From positions 3,136,001 through 3,200,000 of the forward strand of contig OZ242008.1 in the NCBI GenBank assembly GCA_965204735.1: 64,000 bases of DNA, read 5' to 3'. The position numbers were made by a program, and so were the translations under genes. The notes beneath the pieces are model-generated. The model did no database searches. It was not told the origin of the DNA and saw only the letters and a list, made by a program, of their open reading frames with translations. This DNA is from Longimicrobiales bacterium (GTDB taxonomy: Bacteria; Gemmatimonadota; Gemmatimonadetes; Longimicrobiales; Gaopeijiaceae). This document shows positions 19,531 through 29,869 of the stretch, piece after piece (the first letter of the stretch is position 1; each line of letters begins with the position of its first letter).

Positions 19531-21026
19531 ACGGAGACGGCGCCTCCGAGAAGCTCCGCAACGGCGCGGACGCGAAGGTCGACTTCAGCTTCGACGACCT
19601 CGTCGTTCCGGACATGAGGCCGCGCAGCCTGATCCGCCACTTCGGGCCGGGGATGATCCTCATGATGACCGGGATCGGCACCAGCCACCTCGTCACCGCG
19701 CCGGTGGCGGGCGGGCGCTTCGAGTACGCCCTGCTCTGGTGCATTCTGGTCGCCTACGTCTTCAAGTACTACGGCTTCGAGATGGCGTTCCGCTTCACCA
19801 ACGCGACGGGCAAGAGCCTGATTGCGGCCTACGCCACCGCGCCCGGCAAGCTGCCGGTCTGGTACGTGCTGGTCACCACGATCGTCCAGTGCGCCGTGGG
19901 ACAGGCGGGCAGGCTGGTCGCCGCGGCCGCCGTGCTGTACTACTTGTTTTCGGCGACCCTGGGAGCGGCGGTTCCGCTCTGGGCGTGGGCGGCGCTGATC
20001 GGCGTGGCATCGGTGGTGGCGCTGCTGCGGGGCCAGTACGCCGCCCTGGAGACGGGCGCCAAGGTCGCGGGCGGGCTGCTCTTCGCGTCCGCCGTGATCG
20101 TCTACGTCGTTCGCCCGGCGCCGGCGGCGGAGATGGCCGCCTTCTTCGTGTTCGATGCGCCGGAAGGTTCGTGGATCGTGATCGCGGCGTTGCTGGGCTT
20201 GCTGCCGACGGGTCTGGACGTGTCGCTCCAGGCGTCGGAATGGGGCAAGGCCAAGCGCGCCGGAATGAGCAGGATCAGAGATCGATTGGAAGACGCGGGG
20301 CTCGCAACGCCGTTCGATCCCTTCGCGCCCAAGGCGTCGGACCTGACCGTCGACGTCTCGCGGCTGCCCGAACGCGCTGCGGAGTACAGCCGTCGCTGCT
20401 TCAGGATCGGCCTGTGGGACTTTCGGCTGGGCCACGTCGTGTCCATGGCGATTGCGACGATCTTCCTGGTGCTGGCGGCCGTGTGGCTGCACCCCAGCGC
20501 CGTCGAGGGCCGCCCCGTGATGGGCGAGATCGCCGGCATCTTCACCGGGAGCGTGGGGCCGTGGATGATGGTCGTGTTCATGATCGGCGCATTCGCGGCC
20601 ACCTTCTCCACCGCCTTCAACTACTTCGACGGCTGGCCCCGCATCGTCGGCGCGTGCGCCCGCAACCTCTTTCCCGCCACCGCTGCGCTCCGGGGAACGG
20701 CAAGGGACCGCATCGGCGCCGAGCATCGCCGCCGCTGGTTCTCCGAGTACAACATCTACCGGGCCACCATGATCTACTCGCTGGCGGCGGCGGTGGTCTT
20801 CGTGGCCCTGGTGCCGCGTCCGGTCTTTCTCGTGCTGATCGCTTCCGCCCTGGCCACCTTCGTCGCTCCCGTGATCTTCTTCCTGAACTTCCACTACTGC
20901 GTGAAGGTCATCCCCAAGGAGGACCGCTTCTTCTACCCGTCGCTCTTCGCCCGGACGTTCACGATGGTCAGCATCGCGGTGTTTTCGGCGTTGAGCGTGG
21001 TCAGCCTGATCGTGCTGCTGCGCTGA
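19527..21026 (+). CDS. Nramp-like/APC-superfamily membrane transporter
   Basis: GPGMILMMTGIGTSHLV..AGGRFEYALLW; many hydrophobic helices; FAATFST..DGWPR; GTGA overlap with the RM gene stop. Confidence 0.75.
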   Translation: MNGDGASEKLRNGADAKVDFSFDDLVVPDMRPRSLIRHFGPGMILMMTGIGTSHLVTAPVAGGRFEYALLWCILVAYVFKYYGFEMAFRFTNATGKSLIAAYATAPGKLPVWYVLVTTIVQCAVGQAGRLVAAAAVLYYLFSATLGAAVPLWAWAALIGVASVVALLRGQYAALETGAKVAGGLLFASAVIVYVVRPAPAAEMAAFFVFDAPEGSWIVIAALLGLLPTGLDVSLQASEWGKAKRAGMSRIRDRLEDAGLATPFDPFAPKASDLTVDVSRLPERAAEYSRRCFRIGLWDFRLGHVVSMAIATIFLVLAAVWLHPSAVEGRPVMGEIAGIFTGSVGPWMMVVFMIGAFAATFSTAFNYFDGWPRIVGACARNLFPATAALRGTARDRIGAEHRRRWFSEYNIYRATMIYSLAAAVVFVALVPRPVFLVLIASALATFVAPVIFFLNFHYCVKVIPKEDRFFYPSLFARTFTMVSIAVFSALSVVSLIVLLR

Positions 21027-22026
21027 CGCGTTCGCCGGCGCCTCCGGAGGCCGCCTCGTACAGCCCCGCCACCTCCGCCCGCTGACGCACCAAGGCCAGC
21101 ACCACGTCGATCGTCGGCGTCTCCACGCCCACCAGGCGGCCCATCTCCTGCACGGCGGCGACGACGGCATCGATCTCCATCGCGCGACCGCTCTCCAGGT
21201 CCTGGAGCATCGACGTGCGGTGGGCACCCACGGCGGCGGTTCCTTCGATCCGCTTCTCCAGGTCGATGCGGAAGCGCACGCCCAGCGCCTCGCCGATCTG
21301 CTTGGCTTCGGTCATCATCGACTTGGCGACGGTGCGGGTGCCCGCCTCGGTGGCGATTCGGTCCAGCGGCGCAAGCGTGAGCGCGCTGATCGGGTTGAAG
21401 GAGACGTTGCCCCACAGCTTCACCCAGATCTCGTCGCGGATCGAGCGCACCGGCGCGCGCAACCCGGCGGCGACCAGGGCGCGGCTCAGCGCCCTCACCC
21501 GGGGCGTCTTCTCCCCCGACGGCTCGCCCAGCGTGAAGCGGTTCCCGTAGGTGTGGCGGATCACGCCGGGCTCGACGATCTCGGTGGCGGCGTACACCAC
21601 GCAGCCGATTGCCCGCTCCGGTCCGATCCCCCTCCACTGCCGCCCCCCCGGATCCACGCTCTCCAGCGCGTGTCCCTCCAGCCGACCGCCGGCTTTGTGG
21701 AAGTACCACCAGGGCACTCCGTTCTGGGCCGTGACCACCGCCGTGTCGGGTCCCAGCAACGGCTGCATCGCGTCCACGACCTTCGGCGCCGAGTGAGCCT
21801 TGAGGGCGACGATCACGTAGTCCTGGGGGCCGGCCTCGGCCGGGTCGCCGGTGCAGAAGGGGCTGGCGCGGAGAGGGCCGTCCGCTGCGAGCACGGTGAC
21901 TCCCTTCCGCTGCATTGCCGCCAAGTGGGGACCTCGGGCGATCAGGGTCGTGTCCACTCCCGAGCGGGCCAAGTGGAGTCCCAGGTAGCCGCCCGTCGCG
22001 CCAGCCCCGTAGACCGCGACCTTCAC
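21001..22026 (-). CDS. Ketopantoate reductase family (PanE/ApbA; PanE2 oxalyl-CoA reductase-like)
   Basis: VYGAGATGG, ALKAH, AQNGVPWWY, WVKLWGN, TSMLQD..EID. Confidence 0.85.
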   Translation of the reverse strand: MKVAVYGAGATGGYLGLHLARSGVDTTLIARGPHLAAMQRKGVTVLAADGPLRASPFCTGDPAEAGPQDYVIVALKAHSAPKVVDAMQPLLGPDTAVVTAQNGVPWWYFHKAGGRLEGHALESVDPGGRQWRGIGPERAIGCVVYAATEIVEPGVIRHTYGNRFTLGEPSGEKTPRVRALSRALVAAGLRAPVRSIRDEIWVKLWGNVSFNPISALTLAPLDRIATEAGTRTVAKSMMTEAKQIGEALGVRFRIDLEKRIEGTAAVGAHRTSMLQDLESGRAMEIDAVVAAVQEMGRLVGVETPTIDVVLALVRQRAEVAGLYEAASGGAGERVSAAARSG

Positions 22027-23714
22027 CGAGCCGCGTCGCCGGGCGCGGCGCCCAGCCCCAGCAGCTCCGCCAAACCGATCCTGCGCAGCTTGCCCGTCGG
22101 TCCCTTGGGGATCTCGTCCAGGACGACGACCTTGCGCGGCACCTTGAAGCCGGCCAAGCGCGATGCGGCAAACGCCCGGACGTCGGCGGCAACCCGCTCG
22201 GCATCGGCCCGCTCGGCAACGGCGTCGGCCCGCTCGGCAACGGCCTCGGCTCGGCCGGCAGCGGCAGCGGCTCGCTCGGCAACGGCGTCGGCTCGGTCGG
22301 CAACGGCGGCAACCCGCTCGGTGGTCCCCGAGAGCGGCGCCCCCTCCCGCACCACGACCGCGGCGGCCACCTCTTCTCCCAGCTTGGCGTGGGGCATCGC
22401 GAAGGTGACCGCCTGCTGCACGGCCGGGTGGTCCATCAGCACCTCGTCCACTTCCTGCGGCGACACCTTCTCGCCGCCCCGGTTGATGATCTCCTTGAGG
22501 CGCCCGGTGATCGTGAAGTAGCCGTCCTCGTCCCGAAAGCCCAGGTCGCCGGTGCGGAACCAGCCGCGGGTGAACACCGCCGCGTTCGCCTTCGGGTTGT
22601 TCTCGTAGCCAAGGGTGACGTTCGGCCCCCGGATCACGACCTCGCCCTCGACGCCGGGCGGCAGGTGGGTCCCGTCCTCGTCCACGACCGAGACCTCGGG
22701 ACCCGCCGCGGGGCCCACGGTTCCCGCCTTGCGGAGAGCCGGCGGCAGGGGATTGCACGTCATCTGGTGGGCGGCTTCGGTCATGGCGTACGCCTCCACC
22801 ACGGGCGCGCCGAAGGTCTCCTCCAGCTCCGCCATGACCCTGGTGGGCAGCGACGCCGAAGAGGACCGGACGAAGCGCAGCTTGGTCCGCTTCACCGATT
22901 CCGGGTTGCGCGCGGCCCGCGCCAGGATCGCTTGGTGCATCGTCGGGACGGCGGAGTACCATGTGGGGACGCACTCGTCGAACCAGCCGAACACCTTCAG
23001 CGCGTTGAAGCCGGGCGTGCAGTGCACGCTTGCCCCCGCGCCCAGAGTCGAGAGCACGCAGGCCATGAGGCCGTGGATGTGGAAGAGGGGCATGACGTTC
23101 AGGCAGCGGTCGCTCGGCTCCAGCGCCAAGGTCTCGCGAATGTGGCGGGCCGTGGCGCACACGTTGCTGTGCAGGAGCGGGACGATCTTGGGGCGGGACG
23201 TGGTCCCGGACGTGTGCAGCACCAGGGCCGTGTCGTCGGGCGTCGCCATGCCCGGACGGGCGGCCGGGGCCCGACCGGCGACAGGCGGGGTCGCAAACTC
23301 GAAGACGCCGGCGGGCCGATCCGGGTCGGCGCTCACCTCCAGCACCGGGGCGCCGAGTTCGGCGGCGGCGGATCGGGCGGGCGACGGATCGCCTTCCGCG
23401 ACGATCAGCGCCTTCGCCCCCAGGTCCGACAGGTAGAAGGCGAACTCGGGCTTCGTGTAGCGCGGGTTGAGAGGCGCGGTGACGGCGCCCGCCGCGACGG
23501 AGACGAAGGCGCTCGCCATCTCGGGTCCGTTGGGCAGGACGATTGCAACGCGGTCGCCGCGTCCCACTCCCCGCTCGTTGAGCGCCGCCACCGTGCGCTC
23601 CACCTGTCCGCGAAGGACTTGGTAGGTGGCATCGGGACGGCCGGGCGCCGAAAGGGCGACTGCCGAGTCGGCGCCTGCGCGGAGGAGCTGCGGGATCGTG
23701 GCGGGTTCGGGCAT
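22023..23714 (-). CDS. AMP-dependent acyl-CoA synthetase, oxalate--CoA ligase-like
   Basis: LHTSGTTSRPKIVPL, MPLFHIHGL, WYSAVPTMHQ, RSSSASL, EAYAMTEAAHQM, INRGGEK, PKGPTGK. Confidence 0.85.
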   Translation of the reverse strand: MPEPATIPQLLRAGADSAVALSAPGRPDATYQVLRGQVERTVAALNERGVGRGDRVAIVLPNGPEMASAFVSVAAGAVTAPLNPRYTKPEFAFYLSDLGAKALIVAEGDPSPARSAAAELGAPVLEVSADPDRPAGVFEFATPPVAGRAPAARPGMATPDDTALVLHTSGTTSRPKIVPLLHSNVCATARHIRETLALEPSDRCLNVMPLFHIHGLMACVLSTLGAGASVHCTPGFNALKVFGWFDECVPTWYSAVPTMHQAILARAARNPESVKRTKLRFVRSSSASLPTRVMAELEETFGAPVVEAYAMTEAAHQMTCNPLPPALRKAGTVGPAAGPEVSVVDEDGTHLPPGVEGEVVIRGPNVTLGYENNPKANAAVFTRGWFRTGDLGFRDEDGYFTITGRLKEIINRGGEKVSPQEVDEVLMDHPAVQQAVTFAMPHAKLGEEVAAAVVVREGAPLSGTTERVAAVADRADAVAERAAAAAGRAEAVAERADAVAERADAERVAADVRAFAASRLAGFKVPRKVVVLDEIPKGPTGKLRRIGLAELLGLGAAPGDAAR

Positions 23715-23761
23715 GAGGACGAAGGTAGCGTCCGCCAGGGGGCCGTGCAGCCTCGTCCGGC

Positions 23762-25810
23762 CTACCTCGACCCCCCGAACGAGACCTTGCCCCCCACGTA
23801 CACGCCGCGCCCAGGCGCCGGGAAGCCCTGCGCTTCCTCGTACTCGGCGCCCAGCAGGTTCTCGGCGCGGATCGTCAGCACGAACGCCGGCCCGGGACCG
23901 CCTCCGCCGAACACCCGCACGTTGGCGGCTGCGTCCAGCACGGTGTAGGCGGGCAGCACGACGGCGACGGCGGGCCACGTCGCGAAGTCCCGGTCCGCCC
24001 GTTCCCCGATTCGACGCGCCGCCAGATCCACCGTCGCCCGGTCCCCTACGGGAAGAAAGACGCCGGCTGCGACGGTGTGCGTCGGGCGCCGAGGGAGGGG
24101 CTGCCCTTCGACGAACGCGGCCCCGTGTCCCTCGTCGAACCCGGCGTCCCGCACCTCCGTGTCCAGCCACGTGTACGACGCGTTCAGCCGCACCGGCCCC
24201 GCATCGACTTGCGCCTCCGCCTCCGCGCCCCGGCTCCGGGCCTCGGCCACGTTGTAGTAGTTGGGGCCGCCCGCGACCGGCGGCGAGAAGGTGTACTGGA
24301 TCAGGTTCCTGTAGCTCTGCCAGAAGCCGGTCAGGGACATCTCGACCCGACCTTTCCCGAACGACTGCTCCACGCCGCCCTCGACTCCCGTGGACCGCTC
24401 CGGCTCCAACTCCGGGTTGCCTATTGCAAAGCCCGACGCAAAGGACTCGAAGAAGGTGGGCTCCTTGATTCCAGTGCCGAGGGAGACCCGCAGCAGGGTC
24501 CCGGACGGCTGCAGACGCCAAGCTGCTCCCGCGCTCCACGTCGCCGCCGTCCCAAAGCGCTCGTTGTCCTCCAGCCGCGCCCCGGCGTTCCATGCCAGCT
24601 CCCGCCGACGCTGCGGTCCGACTCTCCTCGGCGTCCCTTCCTGCTGCCCCTGCCCCAGAACCGCTGCGAGCTGCACGTAGACGGCCCGGTTCGAGCGCTC
24701 GTTCTCCGAGGCGCCGTGGCTGGTCCCGTACTGCGAGAGCGACCGGCTGAAGTCCCGAACCGACTGTCGCTCCAGCTCCACGCCCGCCGTCAGCGTCGAT
24801 TCGCCGGCGAAGCGCCAAGTCCCCCTAGCGTCAGCCCTGGCCCGCCGCGCGTCGTTCAAGCTCTTGAAGCCGAAGAAGCCCAGCGTGTCGGCCGGTCCGT
24901 CGGACGCGTCGTCGGTTCCCCCGTCGGATTCGTGGACGGACAGTGCAAGGCGGGTCTCGAAGGCGTCGGTCCAGCGCCGCCCGGCGTCGAGCGCCACGGC
25001 CAGCGCGTCCCCGAAGGCGAAGGCGTTGCGGTCCACCAGCCGGCCCGAGCCGTCGGTCGGGTAGTGGAAGCGGTGGTCTTCGTAGCGAACCGACAGGCTC
25101 GCGTCGGTGCGGAGGTCAGGTTGGACATGGACTCGCCCGGTGGCCGTGGTCAGGCGATGGACGTTGTTGAAGGGGAGGATTCCGTCGGCGTCGTTGCGTC
25201 CCAGGGAGAAGGCGTAGGAGAGCAGCCCCGTGCCGCCGGAGACGCCGCCCTGCCACCTGCGGGCTCCAAAGCTGCCGGCCTGGAAGGACAGATCGGCGGT
25301 GGGCCGGCCCGCGCCCCGACGGGTCATGATGTGGATTACGCCGCTCACCGCGTCGGAGCCGTAGAGGGCGGACGCTGGTCCCCGGACGATCTCGATCCGC
25401 TCCACGTTGTCGGCGCCGACGGCCCCGAAGTCGAAGCGTCCGCCGGGCTCGTTGACGGGCACTCCATCCAGCAGGACCTGCACGTGGTCCGACTCGCCTC
25501 CGCGCAGGAAGACGGAAGTCGTGGCGCCGAAGGAGCCGTTGCGGACCACTGCAAGCCCGGCAACCTGCCGAAGCGCGTCGGCGACGTACTCGATTCCGGC
25601 CTGCTCCAGCGCCTCTCCGTCGACGACCGTGACGTGGGACGCCACCGTCCACTCGGGCGCCGGCCGTCGGTGCGCGGTGACCACGAGTCCCTCCAGCGGA
25701 ACCGGCTGGTCCTGGGCTTCGAGGGAGCCGGCCGCCGGAGTGGGCGACGGCACGGCCAGGAGGGCAGCCAATAAGGCGACCGGGAAAGGAACGTGGGCGA
25801 TGCGTCTCAT
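23762..25810 (-). CDS. btuB: TonB-dependent cobalamin receptor
   Basis: Plug motifs VFLRGG..VLLDGVP, ERIEIVRGPASALYGSDAVSGVI; GNPELEPE; ENLL..YEE..GFPAPGR; cobalamin riboswitch directly upstream. Confidence 0.85.
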   Translation of the reverse strand: MRRIAHVPFPVALLAALLAVPSPTPAAGSLEAQDQPVPLEGLVVTAHRRPAPEWTVASHVTVVDGEALEQAGIEYVADALRQVAGLAVVRNGSFGATTSVFLRGGESDHVQVLLDGVPVNEPGGRFDFGAVGADNVERIEIVRGPASALYGSDAVSGVIHIMTRRGAGRPTADLSFQAGSFGARRWQGGVSGGTGLLSYAFSLGRNDADGILPFNNVHRLTTATGRVHVQPDLRTDASLSVRYEDHRFHYPTDGSGRLVDRNAFAFGDALAVALDAGRRWTDAFETRLALSVHESDGGTDDASDGPADTLGFFGFKSLNDARRARADARGTWRFAGESTLTAGVELERQSVRDFSRSLSQYGTSHGASENERSNRAVYVQLAAVLGQGQQEGTPRRVGPQRRRELAWNAGARLEDNERFGTAATWSAGAAWRLQPSGTLLRVSLGTGIKEPTFFESFASGFAIGNPELEPERSTGVEGGVEQSFGKGRVEMSLTGFWQSYRNLIQYTFSPPVAGGPNYYNVAEARSRGAEAEAQVDAGPVRLNASYTWLDTEVRDAGFDEGHGAAFVEGQPLPRRPTHTVAAGVFLPVGDRATVDLAARRIGERADRDFATWPAVAVVLPAYTVLDAAANVRVFGGGGPGPAFVLTIRAENLLGAEYEEAQGFPAPGRGVYVGGKVSFGGSR

Positions 25811-25911
25811 GTCGCTCTCCTTCCCGAGGAAAGAAGAGGGAGACGCCGACGCCTCAAGCGCCGGTCGCGGGCACCCTCACCTCCCCTCGGAGGTGTCTGG
25901 TGGGCGCCGAA

Positions 25912-26090
25912 GGAGCACGTCTCCTGGCTTCGAGGTCGTTCCGCTCGCCTTCCCAGGACCCGTCGCGGAGTCCCAGTGGCATGTCGAACGGTCGGTATTC
26001 CGGGGTGTTGCCCGGACCTCTTCACAGTGGCGGGGCCGCGCCGGCTTCGCACCGGCTTCCGTGAGCCCCCTCGGCCTTGTCGGTTTGTGG
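25912..26090 (-). ncRNA. Cobalamin (B12) riboswitch
   Basis: Minus strand reads GGAAGCCGGTGCGAAGCCGGCGCGGCCCCGCCACTGT...GCCACTGGG...CTGGGAAGGC...AAGCCAGGAGAC (B12 box). Boundaries approximate. Confidence 0.92.
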
Positions 26091-26132
26091 GGGGAATGTG
26101 GCGGAGAGCACTCGCGGGTGCAAGACCCCGCC

Positions 26133-26207
26133 CAGCTGGGCATCGAGGTGATCCTGGCGAACTCGCCACAGGCGAAGGGCTGGGTCGAGCGGGCGTTTCG
26201 GGCGAAC
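26133..26207 (+). pseudogene. ISNCY/IS1202-like transposase scar
   Basis: Translates QLGIEVILANSPQAKGWVERAF, matching the LGI..I.A.SPQAKGRVER motif of these transposases. Confidence 0.6.
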
Positions 26208-26384
26208 AGGCCCATCCAGACATTCGGGAGTCCCATTCCGCCATTTGAGCGCTGGGCTCGCCCTGCGACAGTTCTTGGGACGCAACCCGTCAGCTCCCTC
26301 CACAGCCAGCCGGTGGACCTTGCCGCCACCGCTGCCGGCCGGGAGGCGCTCGTTCCCGAACCACGCTTCCTCCGAGCAACGTCC

Positions 26385-26971
26385 ATGGCAACCGACAACC
26401 CGCGAGGCCGCACTCCCGACCGCGAGTCGAGCGGTCCTCCCAACCCGGCGATCCGCCAGTCGAAAGACAAGAGCGCCAAGCTCTTCTACGGCGACAAGCG
26501 GATGGTCGCCGAGTTCCTGGCCAAGCACGTCTTCGGCAAGATCATCCCCGCCGACGTCGCCGCCCACATCGACCTCGACGGGCTCCAGCCGGGGCCGACC
26601 GAGCACGTCGACCCCAAGCTGCGCACCTTGCGCCACGCCGATCTCGTTTGGCGGGCGCCGTTTCGCGACTCTTGGCCGTGGACGGCACCGACGCGGCTCG
26701 AAGACCTGCTGGCGGACGAGGCGAAGGCGTCCCTGCCTTCGCGCTGGGCCACCAGTCGGTGCTGGTGTCGGAGTCGGGGGAAGCGGAGGAGCTGGAGCAT
26801 GTAACAACGGCGCGCGAGGCGGCACTGAAGTTGCGCTACGCGGCGGATGGCGCCGGAGGAGGTCGTGGCGCAACTGGAGCACTTGGACGACCTGGCGGGT
26901 CCGGTCGTCGAGACGTGGTGAGCGAAGGAGCGACGGGAGATACTCCGCAAGGGGCAGGAAGAGGGCCGCCA
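26385..26971 (+). pseudogene. Rpn/YhgA-like nuclease, lineage A, internally deleted and truncated
   Basis: Near-identical to 31913..33019 but lacks the FEFQS block, has a frameshift and a TGG>TGA stop, and has no C-terminus. Confidence 0.9.
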
Positions 26972-27205
26972 AGCACGATCTTGCCGAAGTTCAAGTTGGC
27001 TTCCATGCGCTCGTGGCAGTCTGCTGCTTGGTCCGCCGGGAAGACGCGACCGCCGTTTGGTTCCGCGCCAAGTACGGTCCATCCCGTGGGCGCCGCCACG
27101 GCCACGGTCTCGTGGACGACCACCTTCTCCGCATACCCCCCTCCGCCTGGAGACGACCCGCAGGACTTCCGGCCCTCCGAAATCGGAGATGACGACAGCG
27201 CGCAT
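26972..27205 (-). pseudogene. Quinone oxidoreductase relic (multiply deleted copy of 28474..29526)
   Basis: Keeps MRAVVISDFGGPEVLRV start, GGYAEKVVVHE and HERMEANLNFGKIVL pieces joined by deletions. Confidence 0.9.
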
Positions 27206-27454
27206 GGTGCGAACGATGGGGGCGTTGGGCGACGATCGCAGCGAGGGCAGCCAGCTGCTGGAGAACCGGAGTTCCTGCGGTCAGCGTGCACTGGAGCCTC
27301 CGCATTCGGGCGTGCAAGCGAAATAGGCCGATCCAGCTATCCAAACGCCCATTTCCCGGGTGCATACTGCTTCTGGACCGGCCATTCCCCGGCCCCGGAG
27401 CGCCCTCCCCCGGCCTCCGCGAACCCGCGAACCCCGCGCTCAAGGAGGCCCCCG

Positions 27455-28477
27455 TTGCCCGACTCCCCCATCCACAACCTCCGCTCCCCGCGCCGCAAGC
27501 ACGACGAAGTCTACAAGTTCTTCTTCTCCCAGACCCCCACCATCGCCGAAGTCCTCGAAGACTACGTCGCCCCCGACTGCGTCGACCAACTCGACCTCGC
27601 CACGCCGCGCAAGCTCACGCCCGAGCGCGTCGGCTCCCAGCTCGCCCGCCGACAGGCCGACATGCTCTGGCGCATCGACTTCCGCCACCAGCCCGGCTTC
27701 ATGGTCCTGCTCCTCGAATTCCAGTCCCGGATCGACCCATCCATGGGCGCCCGCATCCTGGGCTACGTGGCCGACACCTACGAGGACCTGATCCGCGAGA
27801 AGCAGCCCGGCGGCGACCCCCGCCTGCCCCCCGTCGTCGCCTGCGTCGTCTACAACGGCCGCCGCCGGTGGCACGCGCCCCTCGACATGGCCGAGCTGAT
27901 CTCGCCTACGCTGGCGCAGCTCCGGGACCGCTCGGTCCAGTTGCCCTACCAGGTGCTTGACATGCGGGCGCCGCCCAGGCGAAGCTTGCGGAAGCGGCGC
28001 ATCCTGACTTGGTTGCGGGAACTCGAGCGGGAAGGCGGCACGGTGGAGAAGGTCCGAGCCGTGCTGGGCGAGGTGTTGGAGGCGTACCCGGGTCCCGAGC
28101 ACGCTCGGGTCGCCGAGGCGTTCAAGCTGTGGACGGTGGGCGCGGCCCGAAGGTGGGGCGGCTCGAAAGAGGAACTGTCGAAGATCACCACTTTGTCGGA
28201 GGCGAGAGAGATGTACACGCTGATCGAAGAAGAGATGGCAAGGTTGCGGGACGAAGGCCGCCGGAGGGGCCGCCGGGAGGGCCGCCGGGAGGGCCGCCAG
28301 GAGGGATCCAGGACCCTCTTGGAGCACCTGGTGGCCAAGAAGTTCGGCGCGGCCGCGGCCGTGCAGCTGTCGGGCCTGATCGGTGGCCTGGACGGACGCG
28401 ACGAGCTGGACGCGGCGGCGGATGCCGTCATCGAGTGCGACTCGATCGCGGAGCTGCTGGCCCGACTCGCGAACTAG
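27455..28477 (+). CDS. Rpn/YhgA-like PD-(D/E)XK nuclease, lineage B, intact
   Basis: AAGGAGG then TTG at 27455; HDEVYK, RQADMLW, LLLEFQS, LPPVVACVVYNG..W, EGRREG repeats. Confidence 0.88.
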   Translation: MPDSPIHNLRSPRRKHDEVYKFFFSQTPTIAEVLEDYVAPDCVDQLDLATPRKLTPERVGSQLARRQADMLWRIDFRHQPGFMVLLLEFQSRIDPSMGARILGYVADTYEDLIREKQPGGDPRLPPVVACVVYNGRRRWHAPLDMAELISPTLAQLRDRSVQLPYQVLDMRAPPRRSLRKRRILTWLRELEREGGTVEKVRAVLGEVLEAYPGPEHARVAEAFKLWTVGAARRWGGSKEELSKITTLSEAREMYTLIEEEMARLRDEGRRRGRREGRREGRQEGSRTLLEHLVAKKFGAAAAVQLSGLIGGLDGRDELDAAADAVIECDSIAELLARLAN

Positions 28478-29526
28478 CGAGCCGCGGCACCTCGCGACGG
28501 CGACCGTCGGGACGGCGTTTGATTTCCTGCCCCGAGTGGGCGCTGGGGCGTCCCCCACTCCAGCACGATCTTGCCGAAGTTCAAGTTGGCTTCCATGCGC
28601 TCGTGGGAGTCTGCTGCTTGGTCCGCCGGGAAGACGCCGTCCACGACGGGCGCGAGCGAGCCGTCGGCGAAGCCGGGCAGGACGCACCGCTCGAAGTCGC
28701 GGGCGAGAGCGGCCTTCTCCGCCACCGGACGCGCCCGGAGCACCGTGCCCAGCAGCCGGGCCCGGCGAACCATGAGTGCCCGCAGGTCGATTCCGCCGCG
28801 AGCCCCTCCGGGCACCCCCACCACGACATGTCGGCCTCCGGTGGCGACCACCGCTTGGTTCCGCGCCAAGTACGGTCCTCCCACCAGGTCCAGGATCACG
28901 TCCGCGCCTCGCGCGTCCGTCGCCTCCTTGACGGCTTGGTGCCACTCGCCGTCCCCGTGCAACGCCAGGTCGAGCCCCATCTTGACCGCCTTGTCCAGCT
29001 TGGCCTGCGTGCGCGACGTGCCGATCACGCGAACTCCGGCCCGTCGCGCCAGCTGAAGCGCGGCGGTCCCGACGCCGCTGCCCACGGCGTGGATCAGCAA
29101 CGTCTCGCCCGGCGTCAGTCCCGCTTGGCGAAACACGGCGTCGTACGCGGTCATGTAGACCTCCGGGATCGCCCCGGCCCGCAGCGCGTCCATCCCCGTG
29201 GGCGCCGCCACGGCCACGGTCTCGTGGACGACCACCTTCTCCGCATACCCCCCTCCCGCCACGATCCCCATGACGTGCTGGCCGAGCCGCCACCGGGCCG
29301 CACCTGGGCCGAGCGCGTGAACCGTCCCGGCAAACTCCAGCCCCGGCACCTCCGACTCGCCGGGCGGAGCCGGGTAGAGCCCCCGTCGCTGGAGCAGGTC
29401 CGCCCGGTTGACTCCCGACGCCGCCACGCGCACCACGATCTCGCCGGCGCCCGGCACGGGATCGGGCCTGGAGGCGACCCGCAGGACTTCCGGCCCTCCG
29501 AAGTCGGAGATGACGACAGCGCGCAT
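28474..29526 (-). CDS. NAD(P)H:quinone oxidoreductase, PIG3 family
   Basis: GVNRADLLQRRGLYP, PGLE, HAVGSGVGTA, DVILDLVGG, GTVLRAR, NFGKIVL. Confidence 0.92.
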   Translation of the reverse strand: MRAVVISDFGGPEVLRVASRPDPVPGAGEIVVRVAASGVNRADLLQRRGLYPAPPGESEVPGLEFAGTVHALGPGAARWRLGQHVMGIVAGGGYAEKVVVHETVAVAAPTGMDALRAGAIPEVYMTAYDAVFRQAGLTPGETLLIHAVGSGVGTAALQLARRAGVRVIGTSRTQAKLDKAVKMGLDLALHGDGEWHQAVKEATDARGADVILDLVGGPYLARNQAVVATGGRHVVVGVPGGARGGIDLRALMVRRARLLGTVLRARPVAEKAALARDFERCVLPGFADGSLAPVVDGVFPADQAADSHERMEANLNFGKIVLEWGTPQRPLGAGNQTPSRRSPSRGAAAR

Positions 29527-29869
29527 GGTGCGAACGATGGGGCGAAAGGGAAGGGTCCGCCACCGAAGCGGCGGCGCGGGCTCCTTGGGGTCCGGAGGGG
29601 GCGGGCGACGATCGCAGCGAGGGCGGTCGGCTGCTGGGGAACCGGAGTTCCTGCGGGCGTGCACTGGAGCTTCCGCATTCAGGCGTGCATGGCAAGTTGG
29701 GCGACGACGAAGGGAAGTAGCAGCCCGTGGTCCGCTTCGAGGCCGAGCGGGGCCGGCCAGAAGCAAGCGAAATAGGCCGATCCAGCTATCCAAACGCCCA
29801 TTTCCCGGGTGCATACTGCTTCTGGATCGGCCATTCCCCGGCCCCGGAGCGCCCTCCCCCGGCCTCCGC

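Noticed and set aside
14742..21026. 2094-aa ORF in the track
   Set aside because: Only the last 499 aa (Nramp-like) look real; the rest is shadow frame over the oxidoreductase and RM genes, as is common in high-GC DNA.
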